A stretch of DNA of 64,000 nt from an uncultured delta proteobacterium (GTDB taxonomy: Bacteria; Myxococcota_A; Polyangia; Polyangiales; JAFGIB01): the NCBI GenBank assembly GCA_963778655.1, contig CAVZVA010000003.1, positions 640,001 to 704,000 on the forward strand, in the 5' to 3' direction. The notes under the pieces were generated by a model. It did no database searches and was not told the DNA's origin. It saw only the letters and a list, made by a program, of their open reading frames with translations. A program made the position numbers and the translations under genes. This document shows, piece by piece, positions 49,946 to 59,051 of this stretch (position 1 is its first letter; each line of letters begins with the position of its first letter).

Positions 49946-51001
49946 TCAGACTCCGTAGAAGTAGAAGAACTTCGGCTGGGTACCGAGATCCTCTTTGAAC
50001 ACGAAGACTCGCTTGGTCTCGATCACCTGGCGAATCTCGCTCTTGGGATCGAGCAGGTTGCCGAACTTGCGCGCCCCGACCGGGCAGACCTCGAGACACG
50101 CCGGGTACCTGCCATTGCGTACGCGCTGAATGCAGAAGTGGCACTTTTCGACGACGCCCTTCATCCGCGGGCGGTTGCCCAAGACATGGGTGTTGGGGTT
50201 GATCTCGTCCTTTGGAATCGTCGGCTCGGCCCAGTTGAAGCGACGCGCCTCGTAGGGACAAGCAGCCATGCAGTAGCGGCAGCCGATGCACCAGTCGTAG
50301 TCGACGACGACGATTCCGTCCGGCTCCTTCCAGGTCGCTCCAACCGGGCACACTTTCTCGCAGGGCGAGTGGTCGCACTGCTGGCAGGACGCCGGGAAGT
50401 AGAAGTGGCCTTCTCGCGGCACCTGATCGGCCTCGTAGTACGGATTTGCGTGCTCGAGATCGACGCCGTAGCGCTTGTCCATCTCGAGCACGCGGATGTA
50501 CTGAATCTGCGGGTCGCGCGACTGGTTGTTTTCCTCGACGCAGGCATACACGCACCTGCGACAGCCGATGCAGCGCGAAATATCGAGCGCGTACGCGAAC
50601 ACCACGCCGGGGATCGGCGGCTCGGCGCCTACTCTGAAGTCGACGCCGTACTTCTGCTTGTACTCCCGCTCGAGTCGCTGCGTCATGCGCTTGACCTCGG
50701 CCGGGGACAGCTCGCGGAAGTGCTGCTGGAAGAAGCGCTCTCGTGTTGCCGCGTCGCACGAGGCAAGCAGCGCGACCGCGCTGGTTTGGCCCATCAACTT
50801 CAAGAATTTGCGGCGGCCGTGTCCCGCTCGGGCCGCTGGCTCGGCGGCGAGCACCGGCAACCTGACCGGCGCCTGGGTGGTGGAACGCACAGGCGCTGCG
50901 TCCGCTTCAGGCGCCCGCGGCAACGTGGCGAAGCCGTCGGGGTGCCGCCTCCGCGCGAAGCTCGTGTCGCCGCGTCGTGCCTCGTGCCGGTCGTCGGTCA
51001 T
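49946..51001 (-). CDS. NrfC/PsrB-like 4Fe-4S protein with Tat signal
   Basis: RRKFLK; CIGCRRCVYAC, CQQCDHSPCEKVCP, CIGCRYCMAACPY, KCHFC..ACLEVCP; ATG 51001 overlaps the upstream stop. Confidence 0.92.
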   Translation of the reverse strand: MTDDRHEARRGDTSFARRRHPDGFATLPRAPEADAAPVRSTTQAPVRLPVLAAEPAARAGHGRRKFLKLMGQTSAVALLASCDAATRERFFQQHFRELSPAEVKRMTQRLEREYKQKYGVDFRVGAEPPIPGVVFAYALDISRCIGCRRCVYACVEENNQSRDPQIQYIRVLEMDKRYGVDLEHANPYYEADQVPREGHFYFPASCQQCDHSPCEKVCPVGATWKEPDGIVVVDYDWCIGCRYCMAACPYEARRFNWAEPTIPKDEINPNTHVLGNRPRMKGVVEKCHFCIQRVRNGRYPACLEVCPVGARKFGNLLDPKSEIRQVIETKRVFVFKEDLGTQPKFFYFYGV

Positions 51002-51759
51002 CGCGCCGCCTCCCTTCCGCCGTCCCAGCGAATCTCGCTCGGCTTGCGCGGTCGTGGCTTGGGTTCGAGCGCCTTGAACTTGGGCGCGTGCGGGTTGTGG
51101 CAGTGAACGCACAGGCGGTACTCCACCTGGCCATTCCAGCAGCCCGTGCGCCGTCCGTGAATGCCGAGCCGCCAGTCTCTCAACTTTGGGCCGTGGCACT
51201 GGCCGCACAGCTCGTAGGACTTCTCGAAGCTGACCAGGCGTCCGCCGGCGAGGCGCAGCTTGTCGCGGTCCGTCGGGTTGTGGCAGCCGTAACACCACTG
51301 CTCTCGAGGACCGTGGACCAGCTTGATGTCGGTGTGGAACAGGGTGAGGTTGCGCTTCTTGGGATTGAAGTCATCGGGTCGGTCGTGACAGCGCGTGCAC
51401 GGAAACACGGTCGCCGAGAACGGCGGCCGCGGCACCGGGTACTGTTGGTCCGCCGCGCGTTCGTCTTTCCGCACCGGCCGGCACTCGGGCACCGGCACGG
51501 CAACCGTCGCGGCGCCAAACCCGGTGACCTGCTCCTGGATCACTCGCCCAGCTGGCGCGGCGCTGCGCGCGGCTGGCGCGGGCTTGGCGGGCGCTTGTTG
51601 CCCCAGCACGAACACCGGCACGCCCGCCAGCGAAACCAGCGCCAGCGCCGCCAGGCGCTTTGGCCAACCGAGCCGCCGCGTGGCAGTCGCCTGTATCCCC
51701 TGCGGCGCGGGCCCGGCTCGGTGGCCGAGAATCCGCCGGCGCCGGGGCACCCGCCTCAC
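50998..51759 (-). CDS. Tetraheme c-type cytochrome
   Basis: CTRCH, CYGCH, CGQCH, CVHCH after a hydrophobic segment; GTG start overlaps the upstream TGA, with GGAGG upstream. Confidence 0.85.
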   Translation of the reverse strand: MRRVPRRRRILGHRAGPAPQGIQATATRRLGWPKRLAALALVSLAGVPVFVLGQQAPAKPAPAARSAAPAGRVIQEQVTGFGAATVAVPVPECRPVRKDERAADQQYPVPRPPFSATVFPCTRCHDRPDDFNPKKRNLTLFHTDIKLVHGPREQWCYGCHNPTDRDKLRLAGGRLVSFEKSYELCGQCHGPKLRDWRLGIHGRRTGCWNGQVEYRLCVHCHNPHAPKFKALEPKPRPRKPSEIRWDGGREAAR

Positions 51760-53483
51760 CTTCCCTCCATGAATACGTGACATCCGATACACATCGCCGC
51801 CGTGGGCTCGTGATCCTTCTGTGCCCTGTGGCAAGTTAAACACGCGGCCGGCCGCCGGTAGGGCTGCTCGCCGTGAGAGCGGTGGCAGCTCGTACACTGG
51901 TGGTGCTGGGGCACCTGATGCAGCCCCGGAAGCCGAGCCGGGTCGTGGCAGGTCGTGCACTGCGGCGGCACCGCCGGACCCTTGGGGCCGTGGGGTCGGT
52001 GGCAGCTCATGCAGCCGCCTGGAACGTTCTTGTGGATCCCGGTGGCGCGATCCTGGTGGCACTCGGCGCATTGCTTCTTGACCCTGCCGCCATGCGGCTC
52101 GTGGCACCCCAGGCAGCGTTGGTGCGGCTCGGGAGCCGTCCTGGCCTGCTCCGCATGGCATGAGCTGCACTGCGTCCTGAGCGCGCCGCTGTGCGGCTCG
52201 TGGCAGCCGACGCACTGGGCGTGGCCCGCGCGCACGAGGCTGGCCTTGTCTTGATGACACGACCCGCAAGCCACCGGCGGCCGGTCGGGCTGATGGGCCA
52301 CCGCTTGCCCATGACAGCGAAAACAGTCGGCGTGCTCGGGGCGCGGGCGCACCTGCGGCGCGTTCTTGAAGCGGTGGGCACCATGACAGCCCAGACACAG
52401 CGGCACGCCGGAGTCCGCCAGGTCGAAGGCATGGGGCTTGTGGCAATCGCGGCAGGCCGGCCCCCGGTGCGCGGGGCCCTGATGTAGCCCGGTGTCGGAC
52501 GCGGCGAACCGATGGCACTGCGAGCAGGGCTTGGCCAGTGGAGCGCCGGCTCCGGCGTGCGGCTGGTGGCAGCCCAGGCAGCGGGTGCCGGTTTGGCGAT
52601 CTCGCGGGTGCTCGGGAGCGACGTCTCTTCGGTGACAGCGCTCGCAGGCCTGCGGCGCCGACTGCCGCACCGCGTGCTGATCGTGGCAGCTCAGACAGTC
52701 GCGGTGCTCGGCCACCTTCTCCTGCGCGAGGACGTGGACGTGATCGTGGCATTGGGTGCAGGCGACGACCTCGGACTTGAAGAAGCGATGAGGTCGGTGG
52801 CAGCCGGTACACTTGTCGTGGCCCTTGAAGGTCGACGACCTGGGCACCCGTGCGCGCGACTGCCGGTGGCAGCCGGTACAGCGCTCGGAGGCAACAGCCG
52901 CCTTCTCGTGATAGCCGTGGCAGCTCGCGCAGCCGGTTATCGGGATGTCCGGCTTGTCGTGCCCACTGACCTTTTCACGATCGTGGCAGCTCTCACAGCG
53001 CGTGCTTTGCAGCGAGGGCTTTGCATGGGCGCGGTGACAGGCGCCGCAGTCCTCGTCGAGCCGCTTCGGGTCATGAGGGGCGATCGCCGCGAGCCCGCCG
53101 AGAGCACGTCCGTGGCAGGTCAGGCACGGAATCGGCGCCTTGTCGGCCGCGGAGAAGTCGTGACACGACCAGCACTCGCGTGCGCCGCTCTCGGCGCTGG
53201 CGCTCGCATGCAGCGAAAGCGGCTGAGCCGTGTGGCATTCCACGCAACGAAACGACTTGGCCGGCTGGTACTCCCCGGCCAGCAGCTCGTGGCAGTCCTG
53301 ACAGGCCAGGGGGTGCTCGCCCCGGGCGTGAATGGCGTGCAGCGCGGTCTTGAGGATGCGCTCGCGCGAGCCAACACCCCGATCGCGACCAGGCGCCGGC
53401 GCAGCTTGCGGTCCGCGGCCGCCGCAAGCTGCGGCGAGCACCGCCAAGAACCCGACGACGACGCAAGTCCGAACGGCACCCAT
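51756..53483 (-). CDS. Very large multiheme c-type cytochrome lipoprotein (27 CxxCH)
   Basis: 27 CxxCH motifs counted by hand, mostly as CxxCHxxH..CxxCH pairs; lipobox LAAA-C; start taken at ATG 53483. Confidence 0.92.
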   Translation of the reverse strand: MGAVRTCVVVGFLAVLAAACGGRGPQAAPAPGRDRGVGSRERILKTALHAIHARGEHPLACQDCHELLAGEYQPAKSFRCVECHTAQPLSLHASASAESGARECWSCHDFSAADKAPIPCLTCHGRALGGLAAIAPHDPKRLDEDCGACHRAHAKPSLQSTRCESCHDREKVSGHDKPDIPITGCASCHGYHEKAAVASERCTGCHRQSRARVPRSSTFKGHDKCTGCHRPHRFFKSEVVACTQCHDHVHVLAQEKVAEHRDCLSCHDQHAVRQSAPQACERCHRRDVAPEHPRDRQTGTRCLGCHQPHAGAGAPLAKPCSQCHRFAASDTGLHQGPAHRGPACRDCHKPHAFDLADSGVPLCLGCHGAHRFKNAPQVRPRPEHADCFRCHGQAVAHQPDRPPVACGSCHQDKASLVRAGHAQCVGCHEPHSGALRTQCSSCHAEQARTAPEPHQRCLGCHEPHGGRVKKQCAECHQDRATGIHKNVPGGCMSCHRPHGPKGPAVPPQCTTCHDPARLPGLHQVPQHHQCTSCHRSHGEQPYRRPAACLTCHRAQKDHEPTAAMCIGCHVFMEGR

Positions 53484-53662
53484 GTAGTAGGGGCGCGGCA
53501 CCCTCATTGGCGGCCTCCCGTCGAAGGCCGAGATCAGACGCACACCGGGACGCTCGGCCGAAGCACCGCCCCCAACTCGAGCGAAATGGACATAGGCCCG
53601 TCGCGAGCCCGCGCAAGCTTCGCGCTTGGACTTGCGCCGCAGCTCGTGCTTGGCTCGTAGTC

Positions 53663-53962
53663 GTGCCGAGGTCCTCGAAGCCGCAGATCAAGCTGCTGCG
53701 CAAGCGGCTGGACGAGCTCGGGGTCCGAGCTCACTTCGATGCGCTGGCGGGCCAGGCGTCGGCCGTCGAGATCCGCGTCAAGGGAGCGGCCACCGACCAC
53801 TCGAGCCTGGCCTCGACAGAGCTCGCGGACGCCGCTCGCAGCTTGGTCGCCGGCGAGATCGTGGCGGTGCAGATTCGCTTCCACCAGGATGGCGCCTGGT
53901 GGTGCGACACGGTGATGCGCGCGGGCGACGGCTTTCGCTTGGTGCGCATGCACCAGGGGTGA
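53663..53962 (+). CDS. Small hypothetical protein
   Basis: Plausible composition ending in QIRF..WWCDTV..FRLVRM; start uncertain. Confidence 0.55.
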   Translation: MPRSSKPQIKLLRKRLDELGVRAHFDALAGQASAVEIRVKGAATDHSSLASTELADAARSLVAGEIVAVQIRFHQDGAWWCDTVMRAGDGFRLVRMHQG

Positions 53963-54123
53963 CCCGCCTGTCCCCCGGCGCTCCCCGCTTGCCGTGGCGC
54001 CGGCGCGCAGGGCGCCGACTCCCGATTTGGGAGCGAGCTGCTCGCGACACACTCAGCCGCAGAAGAGGACCCCCTAACCGACGATGAATTGCAATATCTC
54101 GGCGTTACTGGCAATCCGTCTCC

Positions 54124-55659
54124 ATGGTCCAAAGCGGGCAGGCGGTTCCGCCTTTGGGACGGGTGGTCATCATCGGGGCGGGGATCGGGGGCCTGGCGAC
54201 GGCGCTCTGGCTCAACGGCAGCGGGGCCGAGATCACGATCATCGAGCGCGACCCGGAGCCGCCGGAGATCGCGCCGGAGGAGGCGTTCGAGCAGTGGGCG
54301 CGGCCTGGCGTGCCGCAGTTCCGACATGCGCACATCCTGCTGGCGCGCATGCAGACCGCCCTGCGCGACCATCACCCCGAGGTGCTGGAGCAGGTGCGCG
54401 CGGCCGGGGTCGAGCTCTCGTCGCTGCAAGACGCGCTGCCCGGATCGCATCTGGCCTCGTTGCAGCCCCAGGAGGGCGACGAGGATCTGCGGCATCTGTG
54501 GGGACGGCGGGCGACCTTCGAATACGTGATGCGGCGCCACGTGGGCACGCTGCCGAACGTGCGTTTCATCCACTCGGCGCGTGTCGAAGGGCTGATCACC
54601 GAGTCCGACGGCAAGCGCCTGCGCGTGCACGGCGTCGAATACAGCCGCGGCGACGTGCGCGAGCGCCTGCCCGCGGACGTGGTGGTGGACGCCTCGGGCA
54701 AGCGCAGCAAGGCGCCCGAGTGGTTGCAGGCGCGCGGGGTGCGCGTCGAGGTCGAGCGCCATCCGTCCGAGTTCGTGTACGCCTGCCGCCACTACCGCCT
54801 GAACGATCCGGCCGCGGCCCCGCCGCGCCGCGACGGCGCAGGTAGCCTGGACTACCTGGGCTACGCGACCTTCTACGCCGAGCACGGCAACTACGCGCTC
54901 ACCTTCGGCTGCCCGGTCGAGGAGCGCGAGCTGGGGGCCGTGATGCGCCGCACCGAGGGCTTCGAGGCGCTGACGCAGCAGTTTCCGGTGCTGCGTCAAT
55001 GGACGCAGCAATCGGTGGCCACGACCAAGGTGCTGGGCTCCGGCGCGTTCGAGAATCGCTGGACCCACTACGGCGGGCGCGGCGGGCTGCGGCTGCACGG
55101 CTTCTTCGCTCTGGGCGACTCGCACCTCGAGACCAACCCGATGTACGGGCGCGGTTGCTCGGCGGCTTTCATCCAGGCGCAGGCGCTGGCCGACACGCTG
55201 GCCGCGACCAGCGACCCGGACGCGCGCGCGCGCCGCTATTACACCCGCACGCGCGCGCTGCTGCGCCCGACCTTCGATCTCAGCGTCGGCACCGATCGCA
55301 TGTTCCACATGCGCGCGGGCCTGCGGCGCGGCGACCGGCTGCCGCTGGGCGCGCGCGTCCTCAACTATCTGTACGAAGCCGCGTGGATCCCCGCCAACTA
55401 CGAGAGCGTGTTGGTGGCCCGGGAGTTCGCCAAGGCCCAACAGATGCGCGAGATCTCGAGCCTCGGCCTGCGCCTGCGGATGTCGTGGCACATCCTGCGC
55501 TCTCTGTTCCGCACTTGGCTGCGGGGTACGCCGTCACCTTTTCTGCCGGTCGTCCCGCAGCACGCCGAGTTCTTGCGGCGCCTGCCCGCCGGCAACCCGC
55601 AGCCCGACACCAGCAGCAGCAGCGGTGGCAGCGCCCCGGTCGATCAAGCGCCCGCATGA
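54124..55659 (+). CDS. FAD-dependent monooxygenase/oxidoreductase
   Basis: IIGAGIGGL, PGVPQFRHAH, VVDASG, LGDS..NPMYGRGCS. Confidence 0.85.
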   Translation: MVQSGQAVPPLGRVVIIGAGIGGLATALWLNGSGAEITIIERDPEPPEIAPEEAFEQWARPGVPQFRHAHILLARMQTALRDHHPEVLEQVRAAGVELSSLQDALPGSHLASLQPQEGDEDLRHLWGRRATFEYVMRRHVGTLPNVRFIHSARVEGLITESDGKRLRVHGVEYSRGDVRERLPADVVVDASGKRSKAPEWLQARGVRVEVERHPSEFVYACRHYRLNDPAAAPPRRDGAGSLDYLGYATFYAEHGNYALTFGCPVEERELGAVMRRTEGFEALTQQFPVLRQWTQQSVATTKVLGSGAFENRWTHYGGRGGLRLHGFFALGDSHLETNPMYGRGCSAAFIQAQALADTLAATSDPDARARRYYTRTRALLRPTFDLSVGTDRMFHMRAGLRRGDRLPLGARVLNYLYEAAWIPANYESVLVAREFAKAQQMREISSLGLRLRMSWHILRSLFRTWLRGTPSPFLPVVPQHAEFLRRLPAGNPQPDTSSSSGGSAPVDQAPA

Positions 55660-55714
55660 TCGGGCGCTCTAAATCAGAGTTCGCGATTCGGGATCGAATC
55701 ACAAGCTCTGATTT
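55647..55714. terminator. Two hairpins between convergent genes
   Basis: agcgcccg-catgat-cgggcgct (55647-55668) and a ~20-bp imperfect stem aaatcagag..ctctgattt (55671-55714). Confidence 0.5.
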
Positions 55715-55863
55715 CTCCTTTGGCCCCGGCGGATTCACTCCGCCCGGGAAGGGGCCGCAAGGCCGGCGTGCCGCCCCTCGTGAAAGAAGCAAGGTCTGGG
55801 AGTTCCGTTCGACCACCGCCTGATCAGGATGAGAACCAGACCCGGCCGCGCGCGGCCCGGATC

Positions 55864-56967
55864 TCAGTCCAGCATCTTCTGCATGATATTCCAGGCCGCG
55901 TCCTTGCACAGGCTGCAGTCGGGCCCGTAGAACCAAGGCCGCAGAGCGGTATCGTTCATCAGTTGCACGCGCATCCACGCGGTGACGGCGACCACGAAGG
56001 GGTGCATCGGGGCGCCGCCGAAACCTCCGGTGAACCAGTTCGTGTGGGATGCGGCCAGCAGCTCCGCATACATCACCGGCACGGTGTCGGCGGTGAACGC
56101 GCTCATCGTGCCGTCGCAACCGACGGTGGTGTCCATGCCGCCACAGATCAGCAGTGCGGGGCCATGAAGCTGGCCGTTGGGCAAGGTGCCCTCGATCGGC
56201 GCGATGGTCGTGATGCGCATGTCCGAGCCTGCCGTGGTCGTGGCGAATGCGCCCTGGGAGTGACCGGTCGCGCCGACCCGCGAAGTGTCGACGTGGTGGT
56301 AGAGCGGGCTCGTCATGTCGTCGTTTTGCTGAAACACCCAATCGACCCCTTGCAGCATGGGCGGCGGCGTGCCCTGCGCGACGTTCATGCTGTTCGACGC
56401 GATCACGATGAACCCGTGCGAGGCGAGCTGATCGAGCAGGAAGCCGTAGACGTTCGGCGTCGTCCCGGTGCCGTTGCCCCAGGTGATGACGGGATGGAGC
56501 TGCGGGTCCTGCGTGAGGTCCATCGGGCGAAACAGCGTGAACGCCATGTCCGGGCCCACGTTGTTCTCGGTCACCGTGGCATACGGCCCCTTCTGCGCCG
56601 GATCGGCGGCGGGCCAATCGCCGGCAGGCGGCGGTGTGCTGCTACCGCCCGTGCCGGCAGCCTGCATGCCGCCGCTGCCGGCCAGCGTGCCGCCCGTGCC
56701 CGCTATCGCCGGCATGCCGCCGGTGCCGGCCGGGCTGATGCCGCCGCTCCCGGAAACGGTGCCGCCCGTGCCGGACATCACGCTGCTGCTGCCGCCCGTG
56801 CCCGAGCCGCCGAGCCCGGCGCCCGCGGCCGGCGCGCCCGGCGTTCCCACGCTCGCGTACGCCCCGCCGGTTCCCCCGTTGCGGTTGTTGGTGCTGCTGC
56901 CGCAGCCAAACAGCAAGGCGGCGCACCCTAGCACCGTCGCAACGCGACCCATCGCAGTCCGTCCCAT
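55864..56967 (-). CDS. Alpha/beta hydrolase lipoprotein (cutinase/chlorophyllase-like)
   Basis: Lipobox LLFG-C, Gly/Thr linker, GPY, WGNGTG, LASHGF, GHSQG, D(TTV), ASH. Confidence 0.82.
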   Translation of the reverse strand: MGRTAMGRVATVLGCAALLFGCGSSTNNRNGGTGGAYASVGTPGAPAAGAGLGGSGTGGSSSVMSGTGGTVSGSGGISPAGTGGMPAIAGTGGTLAGSGGMQAAGTGGSSTPPPAGDWPAADPAQKGPYATVTENNVGPDMAFTLFRPMDLTQDPQLHPVITWGNGTGTTPNVYGFLLDQLASHGFIVIASNSMNVAQGTPPPMLQGVDWVFQQNDDMTSPLYHHVDTSRVGATGHSQGAFATTTAGSDMRITTIAPIEGTLPNGQLHGPALLICGGMDTTVGCDGTMSAFTADTVPVMYAELLAASHTNWFTGGFGGAPMHPFVVAVTAWMRVQLMNDTALRPWFYGPDCSLCKDAAWNIMQKMLD

Positions 56968-57289
56968 GAGGCCTCCCACTGTTCCCGAACCCAGGCTCCA
57001 AGGTACGGCTTCTGCGGCCGCACGCAACGGCAAAGCCCCAGCGGCGCTGGCTCGCCGGGCGCATCCCCTGTCGTTGCAGGTACCAGGGTCGGGACGGACC
57101 GGCTTGCGGCACACGCAGCGGTGCTTACCCATCCGCAAGCCGCTTCGGGCTCGGGGCGTCACTTGTGTTTCCGATGCGATCTGTTTTGGCGCCTTCCCTC
57201 TCGCAGCCACATGATCTCGTTCCAGAATTGCGAACGCCGGTCTAGGCTCGACGAGATCAACTGTCGCGGTGCAAAGCGAGCCGGTCTGC

Positions 57290-58102
57290 ATGCGAATCCA
57301 CGTTGGCTACGAGTTGGTGTATCGGTGCCCGCAGCGGACGCCCATGGTGGTGAAGCTGAGCATTCACCACAGCCGCGCTCCGGACATCATCCAGCCCGAC
57401 CGCCTGCAACTCAGTCCCTCCGTGCCGGTCACGGCCTTTCGCGATTCGTTCGGCAATTGGTGCAACCGCCTGGTAGCGCCCGAGGGCTTGCTCCGCTTGA
57501 GCAGCGACGCGATCGTATCCGACACGGGCCAGCCGGATCTGATTGCGCCCTGGCTCGAGCAGCGTCCGGTCGAGGCGCTCCCCGAGGAGACCTTGCTCTT
57601 CTTGCTCGGCAGCCGGTATTGCGAGACCGACCTGCTGTCCGAGACCGCCTGGCGATTGTTCGATGCGACGCCCAGTGGCTGGAGCCGGGTGCAGAGCATC
57701 TGCGATTTCGTGCACCAGCACATCCGCTTCGGCTATGAGTTTTCGAGCCCGACCAGGACCGCGTTCCAAGCCTTCCACGATCGCAAAGGCGTGTGTCGCG
57801 ACTTCGCCCATCTGGCCATCGCGTTCTGCCGTTGCATGAACATCCCGGCGCGCTACTGCACCGGCTATCTCGGCGACATCGGTATGCCTCCGCCTTACGC
57901 GCCGATGGACTTTTCGGCCTGGCTCGAGGTCTATCTGGGCGACGGTTGGTACGCGTTCGATCCCCGCAACCACACGCCCCGCATCGGCCGCATCCTGATC
58001 GCCAGGGGAAGAGATGCCGCGGACGTCGCGCTGACGACCAGCTTTGGGCTCTCGACCCTGGAGAGCTTCAAGGTGTGGACCGATGAGCTCGCGCTGAGCT
58101 GA
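57290..58102 (+). CDS. Transglutaminase-like protein
   Basis: FLLGSRYCETD, GVCRDFAHL, IPARYCTGYL, DFSAWLEVY, FDPRN, GRDAADV. Confidence 0.9.
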   Translation: MRIHVGYELVYRCPQRTPMVVKLSIHHSRAPDIIQPDRLQLSPSVPVTAFRDSFGNWCNRLVAPEGLLRLSSDAIVSDTGQPDLIAPWLEQRPVEALPEETLLFLLGSRYCETDLLSETAWRLFDATPSGWSRVQSICDFVHQHIRFGYEFSSPTRTAFQAFHDRKGVCRDFAHLAIAFCRCMNIPARYCTGYLGDIGMPPPYAPMDFSAWLEVYLGDGWYAFDPRNHTPRIGRILIARGRDAADVALTTSFGLSTLESFKVWTDELALS

Positions 58103-58155
58103 AGGGGCACCAGACGGCGCTCGCAATCGCGTCCTGCCAGCGAAAGAATCAGCTC

Positions 58156-58884
58156 ATGACGTACTGTGTCGGAATGTTGCTCAAGGACGGTATCGTCTTC
58201 GCATCGGACTCGCGCACCCATGCCGGGGTGGATAACTTCGCCACCTTCTGCAAGATGACGGCGTTCGAACGCCCGGGCGATCGCGTGCTCGTCCTGCTCA
58301 GCTCCGGCAACCTCGCGGGAACGCAAGCCGTCATCAGCGTGCTGAAGCAGCGCTGCGCCGTCGTGGACGGGCCGCCCAACTTGTGGACCGCGCGCACCAT
58401 GTTCGACGTCGCCGTCCTGGTTTCGGATGCGGTGCGCGACATCGAGCGCCGCGATGCGCCCTTCCTGGAAAGCGGACCGATTGCCTTCAACGCCTCCTTC
58501 ATCCTCGGTGGCCAGCTTCGCGGCGAGCCGCCGCGGCTGTTCCGCATCTACGCAGAGGGCAACTTCATCGAAGCAGGAGACGACACGCCCTTTCTGCAAA
58601 CCGGCGAGGCCAAGTACGGCAAGCCGATCATCGACCGCGTGCTGGTGCCCACCACCACCCTCACCGACGCAACCAAGTGCGTTCTGGTCTCGTTCGACTC
58701 CACCATGCGTAGCAACTTGTCGGTGGGCATGCCCATCGATCTGATCTGCTACGAGCGCGACAGCCTGGAAATCCGCATGCGCCGTCGCTTCGAGCAGGGG
58801 GACGCGTACTTCACCCAACTGAGCGCCGAATGGAGCGAAGGAGTACGCAAGGTGTTTCGCGAGCTGCCCGACCTGCCCTGGTAG
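58156..58884 (+). CDS. anbu: Anbu proteasome-type Ntn protease
   Basis: MTYCVG..SDSRTHAGVD, SGNLA.TQ, IYAEGNFIEA, GEAKYGKPI, DSTMRSNLSVG.PID. Confidence 0.88.
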   Translation: MTYCVGMLLKDGIVFASDSRTHAGVDNFATFCKMTAFERPGDRVLVLLSSGNLAGTQAVISVLKQRCAVVDGPPNLWTARTMFDVAVLVSDAVRDIERRDAPFLESGPIAFNASFILGGQLRGEPPRLFRIYAEGNFIEAGDDTPFLQTGEAKYGKPIIDRVLVPTTTLTDATKCVLVSFDSTMRSNLSVGMPIDLICYERDSLEIRMRRRFEQGDAYFTQLSAEWSEGVRKVFRELPDLPW

Positions 58885-59051
58885 CGCGCGAGCCGGCTTC
58901 GGCTCGAGCTCGGATTCGCGGTGGCGGGCCGCAGCCCGCAGCCAAGCCGCCCCCGCCCGGCGCGGGCCGTGCCGCCCGAGGGGTAGTGCGGTGCCCACAC
59001 CGCCGCCTTCAGACACACCGGCGGGCCACGCTAGAATGGCAGCTCGCCTGG

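Noticed and set aside
51760..52812. N-terminal extension of the tetraheme cytochrome in the ORF track
   Set aside because: It overlaps the 27-heme gene in another frame; GTG 51759 with RBS and stop overlap is the more plausible start
58882..59034. Second MITE-like element after the Anbu stop codon
   Set aside because: Terminal inverted match is short and gapped, so it cannot be distinguished from chance at this GC content
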